Sequence record: NC_047815.1
DNA: 64,000 nucleotides
Reading direction: 5' to 3' (one strand)
The notes beneath the pieces were generated by a model. The model saw only the letters and a list, made by a program, of their open reading frames with translations, searched no databases and was not told the origin of the DNA. Positions 8,310 to 15,926 of this stretch are shown here, one piece after another. The first letter of the stretch is position 1. Each line of letters starts with the position of its first letter. The position numbers were made by a program, and so were the translations under genes.

Positions 8310-10820
8310 ATGGCTAAAGTAGCGAAAGAGAAAGAGAAAAAGACTAAGATTAAGAAGTCCAAGACAGCAACAGCAGTGGCAACTACACTTGACGATATGG
8401 AAACTGGTGTTGTCGGTTTCGATATTGGGGATTTGATGGATGATCAGCTTGACCTGATCGAAAAGAAAACTAAAGTAAGCTCAGGCACAGCAGAACGTAA
8501 CGCACCTCGTGTATCAACAGGCCAGCTTGCGCTTGACATGTTCCTGAGTGGTGGCATCGTATCTGGTGGCTGGTATACGTTTAGTGGCGGTGAGCAGTCA
8601 TGTAAATCGACTCTCACGATGGCAATCATGGCCAGCCTGATTAAACTTGAATACGGCGGTATCAGTGCTGTGTTTGACTATGAAGGTTCAACAGATGCTG
8701 ACTATGTTGCTGGTCAGTTGAAAACGTTTGGCGTTACTGTTGACCCACGTACCATCTTTGGTGTGCGTGATGATACGAGCGGTGATTGGTTGATCAAACC
8801 TCGTATTCGTTACTATGCGCCAGACAACGGCACTCGCTTCTTTGACTGGATGAGTTCGCTGCGTCGCCGTCTGCCTGACAAGATTGTTGAGAAAGACGGT
8901 ACAGCATACATGTTGTTTGAGAACAACAAAGAGAATGCTAAAAAGCTGGCAGGTAAGTACGACAAGAAGTGGTTCAGTCGTCACAATCAGTTTAAAGTGC
9001 GTGCACCTGATGGTCACATGCAAGCAATGGTAATCGTTGATAGTTATCCTGCGATGCTGCCTGATCAGCTTGATGATGATGAAGGTTCAAACGCGATGGC
9101 GATTCAAGCGCGTATGTTCTCTGATGGTATCAAGCGTTTCCGTGGCGGTATGCGTGGTAAGATGATCACCATCGTCGGCGTTAACCAGTTACGTCAGAAG
9201 CCTGCGACCATGTTTGGTTCGCCCGAATATGAGCCCTGTGGGGACGCTCTCAAGTTCTACTGCTTTGACGCTACCACACTGATTCGTACCAACTTCGGTG
9301 TATTGACAGCGCCTGCTATTCAGAGCATGATGGCAGACGGTACAGAAGTGCTGGTGGAAACGCTGGGTGGCTTCGAACCTATCATGAAAGCATGGCGAGT
9401 TGAAGAACAACGCACTCCACTTGAATTGACCACAGCAGGCACAAGCTATATCGGCAGTGATCAACACCGCCAGCTAGTGTTCTATCGTGACGTTACTGAT
9501 CACAACGAGCCCGCGCTGCGAACTGAGTTCGCCACACTGAGCGATATTCAGTCTGCGAGCGGTGAAGTGTATGCGGTGATGCGTCTGTCCACTGTAGACG
9601 AACTGATGGAGTACAGCCACAAAGAGCGTAACGCCAGCCTGCGTTATGTCAATCAGTTCCTGCGTAGCGATGCCGTCAACACAATGATCAATGTCAGTGA
9701 AGGCTATCAGGTAGTTGCCGCTGTGTTGCGTGTTGGTGAGAATCACGTTGCGACTGTTATCTCAAGCCTGCTTGACCTTGGCATTATCAGCTACGAAGCC
9801 GCTAATCATACCGTGATCATTCCTGGTCTGAGTGTAGGCACAATGCGTACAGCTATTCTTGATTCAGTCACAACTGTTGAGAACAGCCTGATTCAACGTA
9901 GCGTTATGTTGCACCTCGCAATCGCAGACGCATTCCCTGAGCTGGCAAACTTTGTTGGTAAGTACAATCTTGCTGCTAACCTGCATGAAGCCGCGCACTT
10001 CGGTTCACACTATCAATCAGATGATTATGCATATCTGGCGGACAGCGAATCGATGGAGAAAGCACTCAAGCGTTTGGTCGCTCGTGACTTCCCTGAGTTT
10101 GCTGATCAGTATGATGAGATCTCACGTCAGGCGGCATACATTGATGACCTGTTAAGTCTCGATGAAAACTTGTACCCTGTCGCTTGCTCAGTGCGTGCTG
10201 TATCAGAGCAACAGCCCGTTGAATTGTGGGATGTTACTGTACCCGCCACCAGCGCTGTTGTTACTAACGGCTTTGTCAGTCATAACTCAGACGTGCGCAT
10301 TCGTCTTGCTTCGCGTGCTGTACCTCAAGGCTGGCCGACGCTTAAAGATGAACGTGCTATTGTTGGAGAGAAGTCTGTTACCGTTGAAGGTGGTATTGAC
10401 CGCTATCGTTTCATCGCTGCTAAGACCATCAAGAACAAGATGGGCGGCATCCCGAATCAGCAGACGTGGTTACGTTTGTGGGAAGCAGATGGCAATGGCG
10501 AAGCGCGTGGCTTTGACCCTGTGTTTGATACGTGGCACTATCTGAAAACGCTTGGTCTAATCAACGGTATGCGCAAGAAGTTCAAGATCAAAGCGCCTTG
10601 TCCTATCGCCAGCGATAAAGCGATGGACTGGGATCAGTTCCGTACTCTGATCAACGGAAGCAAAGCACAGATTACAGAAGTCTGTAAAGAACTTGGTGTG
10701 AAGCCTGGCAGTCTTCGCGCTTGGTGCTTCAAATTCATCGCCAGTGAAAAAGGTCAGGCTATGCTGAAAGACAGCATCAGCCGCAGTACCAAACAGAACG
10801 ACGACGAAGACGAAGATTAA
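8310..10820 (+). CDS. uvsX: RecA/UvsX recombinase interrupted by an intein
   Basis: Walker A-like GGEQSCKST, DYEG, VIVDS, ARMFS, NQLRQK, PEY..GDALKFY|SDVRIRL. Confidence 0.9.
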   Translation: MAKVAKEKEKKTKIKKSKTATAVATTLDDMETGVVGFDIGDLMDDQLDLIEKKTKVSSGTAERNAPRVSTGQLALDMFLSGGIVSGGWYTFSGGEQSCKSTLTMAIMASLIKLEYGGISAVFDYEGSTDADYVAGQLKTFGVTVDPRTIFGVRDDTSGDWLIKPRIRYYAPDNGTRFFDWMSSLRRRLPDKIVEKDGTAYMLFENNKENAKKLAGKYDKKWFSRHNQFKVRAPDGHMQAMVIVDSYPAMLPDQLDDDEGSNAMAIQARMFSDGIKRFRGGMRGKMITIVGVNQLRQKPATMFGSPEYEPCGDALKFYCFDATTLIRTNFGVLTAPAIQSMMADGTEVLVETLGGFEPIMKAWRVEEQRTPLELTTAGTSYIGSDQHRQLVFYRDVTDHNEPALRTEFATLSDIQSASGEVYAVMRLSTVDELMEYSHKERNASLRYVNQFLRSDAVNTMINVSEGYQVVAAVLRVGENHVATVISSLLDLGIISYEAANHTVIIPGLSVGTMRTAILDSVTTVENSLIQRSVMLHLAIADAFPELANFVGKYNLAANLHEAAHFGSHYQSDDYAYLADSESMEKALKRLVARDFPEFADQYDEISRQAAYIDDLLSLDENLYPVACSVRAVSEQQPVELWDVTVPATSAVVTNGFVSHNSDVRIRLASRAVPQGWPTLKDERAIVGEKSVTVEGGIDRYRFIAAKTIKNKMGGIPNQQTWLRLWEADGNGEARGFDPVFDTWHYLKTLGLINGMRKKFKIKAPCPIASDKAMDWDQFRTLINGSKAQITEVCKELGVKPGSLRAWCFKFIASEKGQAMLKDSISRSTKQNDDEDED
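9261..10286 (+). mobile_element. intein (342 aa, residues 318-659), probably with degenerate endonuclease region
   Basis: Begins CFDATT after ALKFY, ends TNGFVSHN before Ser; block-F-like LWDVTVP. Confidence 0.9.
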
Positions 10821-10885
10821 TAATCAGCCTGGACAAGGACGTCCACCCAACCTATCTCGATAGCCCACAGCGGCAGGAGAAAACT

Positions 10886-11617
10886 ATGCACGCAATCCAA
10901 ATCGAAAGCCCAGAAGTATTTGAAGGTATTATGCATGGCTTTATGCATAAAGGCATTACACAAGAAGCGCATACGCATTCGTCGCCTGAGGTATTGTACA
11001 TTAGTACCTCAGACAGAGCAGCCGATTTTGAAGTCAAAGGCATTCTGCGTAAAAATTCTGTACCTCACACTTTCATTGCGTGTGGTTACACTTCCATAAT
11101 GAGCCGAATTCGAGGTCGCACTCGCAGCAATATCACTGTGATGCTTTCTCCAGAAGTGCTGCACATAGACCCTATCTTGTTTTGCGGTAAAATGTCTGAA
11201 CTAATCGAATTTGGATCGTGTACCACGCTGATTGCCTTCGGTCCAAACAATGAAGTTATGCTTGAAGCTATCCGCAATCGCATGTACTCGAACTATAAAA
11301 GTCGCAATCCAACATTCGTTGAAGGAAGCGTACAGCTCACGAGTAACCTCAACTTCGAGGAGTTCCGCATGTGTGTTAGTCGTGTAGAAGCCTCCTTGAC
11401 GATAGGTGATTCTAATACTCCACTGTCTCAACTTAGCCGTCAGTATTTCTTTGGCGAAGAATTCTTGGCACTGGACCAACACGAGTTTCATGCCGACCTG
11501 CTGAAAATCGCGCAAAGCATTATGCCTAGCGACAGTATGGTGTTTCATCCTAAGGTACTAGAGCGGTTGTTCCGTGAAGTTCTTTGTAGCTTGAAGCTAA
11601 CGAACGTGATCCTGTAA
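10886..11617 (+). CDS. hypothetical protein
   Basis: AGGAG SD; no motif. Confidence 0.75.
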   Translation: MHAIQIESPEVFEGIMHGFMHKGITQEAHTHSSPEVLYISTSDRAADFEVKGILRKNSVPHTFIACGYTSIMSRIRGRTRSNITVMLSPEVLHIDPILFCGKMSELIEFGSCTTLIAFGPNNEVMLEAIRNRMYSNYKSRNPTFVEGSVQLTSNLNFEEFRMCVSRVEASLTIGDSNTPLSQLSRQYFFGEEFLALDQHEFHADLLKIAQSIMPSDSMVFHPKVLERLFREVLCSLKLTNVIL

Positions 11618-11631
11618 CACTATAAACAATC

Positions 11632-11655
11632 AGAGCGGCTTCGGTCGCTCTTTTC
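11632..11655 (+). terminator. intrinsic terminator
   Basis: AGAGCGGC-TTCG-GTCGCTCT then TTT. Confidence 0.75.
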
Positions 11656-11672
11656 ATATCTGAGGAACACGT

Positions 11673-12698
11673 ATGTCTGATAAGCCTTGGCACTTAGAAA
11701 TTCACGATTCAACCATCAGCAACAACTTTTCTATCGGCATGAGTCGCAAGCATATGACCGCTGCGTTTGAAAAGTACATCGAAAAGAATAGTGGTCAAAT
11801 TCCATTTTACGCTTTCTCGTTTGAGGAGTTCTGTCGCTGGGCTGGCGATAGACATGTGCCTTGGAAAGATAAACCTGTACGCGCTAGTGTTATGCATAGC
11901 GTGAATCTTATCTACGGACAATTTCTCTGGTCCTTTACCAAAGGTTGTTTCTCACCTGAGAAAGGGCTGCTTGAGTATTTAATAAACAGTGAACTTCCTA
12001 AGACGTTTCCTGTCTCTATGTTGCGTCGTCTGCCTCACTGGTCACAATGGATAAACACAAATCTATGTGTTGATTACACCTCCTCTGGTACAATGTATTC
12101 CATCGAGAGTACAGGATTTTGGGCAACCTACTGCATGATTGAGGGACGCACGAATCTTTCTCTTTTCGGTCTAGGTCTGTTCAAGAATGGAGAGCAAGAC
12201 AGAGAGATTATGAATGTTCAGGCCATGTTTGAGATTGAAGAAGATCGACCAATCGAAGACACTCTGGAAACATTCATGTTTCTTATGGGAAGCGAAGGTA
12301 GATACGGTGTTGAGGAGACGCACCCTGATTACGAAAATATTCGTGATGCTATCATTGCTTGGGTAAAGCAAGCGGCCAACATCATTCTGTTTGTATCGAG
12401 TCAGGTAGATGACCTATACAAAGGCGGTGTCAAGCAAGTACAACCTCGACGTAAAGGTAAAAGCTATAAACTTATGCCTGTCGCTAAAGAGCGTAATTGG
12501 TCTGTCGGCACAGAGTTCCTGAACCCTATACGCGAGTATGAAAAAACTATAGGCACCATGACGTCTATTCAAAAGCGTGCTGCCCATATTCGTCGCGGTC
12601 ACTACCATAGTTTCTGGCGTGGACCTCGCGATGGACAACGTGAATTATTCAGCAAATGGTTGCCACCAACAGTTGTCAGAGGAACTTTAGAAACATAA
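11673..12698 (+). CDS. hypothetical protein with C-terminal HxRRGH motif
   Basis: GAGG SD; AHIRRGHYHSFWRGP...KWLPP. Confidence 0.75.
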   Translation: MSDKPWHLEIHDSTISNNFSIGMSRKHMTAAFEKYIEKNSGQIPFYAFSFEEFCRWAGDRHVPWKDKPVRASVMHSVNLIYGQFLWSFTKGCFSPEKGLLEYLINSELPKTFPVSMLRRLPHWSQWINTNLCVDYTSSGTMYSIESTGFWATYCMIEGRTNLSLFGLGLFKNGEQDREIMNVQAMFEIEEDRPIEDTLETFMFLMGSEGRYGVEETHPDYENIRDAIIAWVKQAANIILFVSSQVDDLYKGGVKQVQPRRKGKSYKLMPVAKERNWSVGTEFLNPIREYEKTIGTMTSIQKRAAHIRRGHYHSFWRGPRDGQRELFSKWLPPTVVRGTLET

Positions 12699-12743
12699 GA
12701 ATATTCTTAGTCCTTTTCTCTAATTTAAACACGTTGGCAAGAA

Positions 12744-13049
12744 GTGCTGACGCTGATTATTAATTGGGGAATTATTTTTATGTGTGTTCGATCTCTGGTG
12801 AAACTGGCATACTGCGAACGCCGCGCCGAGTGGTGTAAGCCTTATGTTAATGCATCCCTGTCTCAAACCAAGACAGCCCAGAAGGTAGACTGTTCTGCAT
12901 TTACAACAGCTATGAAGGGTTGTCGTCCTGTTCAACTATCTCCCAATCTCGTCAACTTTTATCGTGAAAACGAATTGGTTGGACAGACTGTATGGAAAGA
13001 AGAAGAAGGCGATAGTGAATTGCAGTTCCGTCTGCTCACAGCACATTAG
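12744..13049 (+). CDS. hypothetical protein (start uncertain, GTG 12744 or ATG 12780)
   Basis: ORF fills gap; no motif. Confidence 0.55.
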   Translation: MLTLIINWGIIFMCVRSLVKLAYCERRAEWCKPYVNASLSQTKTAQKVDCSAFTTAMKGCRPVQLSPNLVNFYRENELVGQTVWKEEEGDSELQFRLLTAH

Positions 13050-13055
13050 TACATA

Positions 13056-13091
13056 GGGCACTTGAGATTATTCTCGGTGCCCTTTCTCTTT
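13056..13091 (+). terminator. probable intrinsic terminator
   Basis: AGGGCAC...GTGCCCT stem with inner GAGA/TCTC, then TTCTCTTTT. Confidence 0.55.
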
Positions 13092-13137
13092 TGTATGCTA
13101 ATTTCGATGACAAGACACAACCACAACGGAGAATGTC

Positions 13138-13797
13138 ATGGAAATCATTGTATCGCTGTCTTTTCAGCAGCCGAAAGAACCGCCCATCATCAGTTATGAT
13201 CCGCAAAAAGCTCCTCATGTGAATGACAACAGCAAGCCCGGTCAAGTGTTTGACTTGCACACGCTGCAACAGATGAGCTACCTCGACATGCGTAAAGTTC
13301 GAGGTGACGGTGGTGCGAAGTATGCTAAGGTGATTGCTGACTGGCTTAATGGTCAACGCAACATTGAAGTAAAGTTCCGTGTATCAAAGCGTAGCAAGAT
13401 CTCGATCGAGGTCAAGAACACAAAGCAAGAAGCAGCACGCTATACCACTGTGTATCTTCTTAGCCCAGAACGTTCAAAGTCCAAGAGCTGGATGCTGATT
13501 GGCGAAGGCCCGCACAACAACGTCAACTCTGTAGACCTTGGTGGTCGCTTGCAGCCTGACGTATTGTACGCAACAGCACGCAGTTTGCTTGGAGCGCATT
13601 TGCCTACTGACGAGTGGCCAGGAGACAACACTTGTGAGCAGGTAATTTTCAAGTTCGACAAGATGCGTAAAGAACATAAAACTGTTCCTGATCGTGCTTA
13701 CCGTTACGTAAACAAAAACGAATCCCAGATAATCACCATGATGCAAGATGGCATGAGCATCGATGCGATTGTGGCTTGGGTACTTAAACAAAGCTGA
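13138..13797 (+). CDS. hypothetical protein with N-terminal xIIxSLS tag
   Basis: GGAG SD; starts MEIIVSLSF. Confidence 0.75.
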   Translation: MEIIVSLSFQQPKEPPIISYDPQKAPHVNDNSKPGQVFDLHTLQQMSYLDMRKVRGDGGAKYAKVIADWLNGQRNIEVKFRVSKRSKISIEVKNTKQEAARYTTVYLLSPERSKSKSWMLIGEGPHNNVNSVDLGGRLQPDVLYATARSLLGAHLPTDEWPGDNTCEQVIFKFDKMRKEHKTVPDRAYRYVNKNESQIITMMQDGMSIDAIVAWVLKQS

Positions 13798-13804
13798 GGA
13801 AACT

Positions 13805-15262
13805 ATGAGCATCATTTCATTATCGGCCACAGCCGCACAGAAGGACGCTGCCGTCTATTTGTTTGGCTCTAAAGGGCACAGCATTATCGCTGCTATTGAA
13901 GCACTGGCTAAGTCCAAAGAACTCAACACTCCTCATCTGAATGGTCTGATGGCCATGCTGAAAGAAGCGGAAGATGATGAGATCATCAAGTTCAAAAACA
14001 GCGCTGGTGGCAAAAAGTCTATTGAGGCTGCAAAGCAGTTAGTTACGGCCAAGACTCTGGTAACCAGCATCAAGGCGCTGCGTGCTGTTAAGGTTCCGTC
14101 TAAGTGGATTCCTAATCACGATGACGTCAAGAACCAAGCTGTATCTGAAACCGTTGTGCATCGCGCTACTGGTCGCGGTACTCGTCCGAAGAAAGCTGAA
14201 CAGATGGTAAATCCTCAGGCACCTGAAGCAGAGGAGATTGATGACTACGCACAGTACGCAGACATTAAAAATCTAGCTGCCAAAGTTCAGGACGCTCTCG
14301 AAGAAGATCATGAGATGGACGTCAAGATTACTGGTCATGCTGCGAAAGGTAAAGGTTCTTCTGCATATATGGAGGTTAAACAAGGGCGTCGTGTATTAGG
14401 TTCAATCTTTGTTCCTTACGCCGGTCGTCAAGTCCGCAGTGGTGAGTGGTTTAACGCGTCCGAAATCACGATGCAAGTCGAAAGTTTCGAACACAACGAC
14501 ATGGTTTATGATAAGATGAAGGGCTTAGGTCTTATCGACGTTGCTGGGTCAATCGCTGACAAGTTTGCAGAGCTTGCAGAGAAAGCTAACAAAGGTCCAG
14601 ATACAACTTCTCGTCGTAAAGATGGTGCTCGTATGGAAGCAGTAACCAGCGATTACCCTAACAGTTTTAGAATTGACCCAGAGCGTAACCCTGGATTAAT
14701 TGCTAAGATTGATCCTTACTTTAATAAAATTTCAGGCAAGAAAAACAGATCTGTTCAAGCCCGAGGTATTGTCAACTTCTCGTTTGCTACCAAACGTGAT
14801 ATGAACAGCGTGATTAAACAGTTTGACCTGACTTTGAACGCTATCGGTGATGCATTCTATCACCCACCAAGAGTTGTTGGCAGCGTAGTGCCTAGTAAAA
14901 CTGCGGCCAAACGCACTACGACAAATTCAGACCTGTTTACGATCGGTAACGGTGCTACTACCGTTAAATCTGTCAAGCGTGTCAATAACGGTGGCATTGA
15001 AATTCAATTCGCTGGTCCGAAGCCTTCATCAGTTCTCGTCAGTACAGAAGATGAATGGTTAGTAGTTGAGAACAAGCGTGGCGGTCAGAGTGGTTGGGAC
15101 GTTGCTGCGGAATTCTTGAACAAAGCAATCGTTGCCGCAGGTTCTTCTGTTGTTGAGCAGTCAGACCAAGCGGGCTATGAAGGATTTAAGCTGCCTAATG
15201 ATGCGGAAGTTGATAAGGTTATTGCTTATCTCGCCAAACTTAAAATCAACGCAAAAAAGTAA
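13805..15262 (+). CDS. 485-aa protein with N-terminal SIISLS tag, candidate virion protein
   Basis: GAGG SD; starts MSIISLSAT; ends GCA AAA AAG TAA. Confidence 0.75.
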   Translation: MSIISLSATAAQKDAAVYLFGSKGHSIIAAIEALAKSKELNTPHLNGLMAMLKEAEDDEIIKFKNSAGGKKSIEAAKQLVTAKTLVTSIKALRAVKVPSKWIPNHDDVKNQAVSETVVHRATGRGTRPKKAEQMVNPQAPEAEEIDDYAQYADIKNLAAKVQDALEEDHEMDVKITGHAAKGKGSSAYMEVKQGRRVLGSIFVPYAGRQVRSGEWFNASEITMQVESFEHNDMVYDKMKGLGLIDVAGSIADKFAELAEKANKGPDTTSRRKDGARMEAVTSDYPNSFRIDPERNPGLIAKIDPYFNKISGKKNRSVQARGIVNFSFATKRDMNSVIKQFDLTLNAIGDAFYHPPRVVGSVVPSKTAAKRTTTNSDLFTIGNGATTVKSVKRVNNGGIEIQFAGPKPSSVLVSTEDEWLVVENKRGGQSGWDVAAEFLNKAIVAAGSSVVEQSDQAGYEGFKLPNDAEVDKVIAYLAKLKINAKK

Positions 15263-15309
15263 CAAGCGAGCCTGAGTCAACAACGACAAACAAATCTACA
15301 GCAACGCTG

Positions 15310-15642
15310 GTGGATGAGTTGTCCGAGATGCAGCCTCGCAAGTTCAGTAAGCTGAATAGCTTTGATCGATATAGCTACATGAAGGCACTGCGTGATATGG
15401 TGCACGATGCCATGCCTGCTGATGCCGACATACAAGTTGTATTGACTGACAACGATACGCGTCTGACGATCAGTAATGGTCGTCGCAAGACCTATCAGTT
15501 CTACATCAAAGGCAATAGCTGGATCATGTACGATCAGTCTGACAAATCCGAATCAAAGATGGGTGATTCCATCGATGTTTCTGAATTGATTGAGGTTGCA
15601 CATGAAACAGCAAACACCTCAAGTCTAATCAAGTTCAAATAA
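15310..15642 (+). CDS. hypothetical protein, possibly the -1 frameshift extension of the upstream gene
   Basis: No clear SD before GTG 15310; frame open back through the upstream slippery heptamer. Confidence 0.65.
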   Translation: MDELSEMQPRKFSKLNSFDRYSYMKALRDMVHDAMPADADIQVVLTDNDTRLTISNGRRKTYQFYIKGNSWIMYDQSDKSESKMGDSIDVSELIEVAHETANTSSLIKFK

Positions 15643-15645
15643 CCA

Positions 15646-15669
15646 AAAGGGTACCTTCGGGTGCCCTTT
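15646..15669 (+). terminator. intrinsic terminator
   Basis: AAAGGGTACC-TTCG-GGTGCCCTTT. Confidence 0.7.
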
Positions 15670-15926
15670 CACCGTTCTGTAACAAAATTTACAATCCAAT
15701 CATAAATAACCTATACAGGCCCGTCAGCCGAGTTGTGTCGTGTTTAACTCACAAGTTACCCTGCCTGTATCGCCACTATTGGTATAACTCTAGTACAGTT
15801 CGGTACGTCCGAAATCGATCTGAATCTTTCCTCTTGTTTTATCGTTAATTAAGCAGAGTAGGCAAGCTACCTACACACACTTATCTAGGCAAATTTGCTA
15901 TCGGTTAACACCAAGAGGAATATTCC

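Noticed and set aside
9600-10170. Active LAGLIDADG homing endonuclease in the intein
   Set aside because: No intact LAGLIDADG motif recognisable; reported as degenerate
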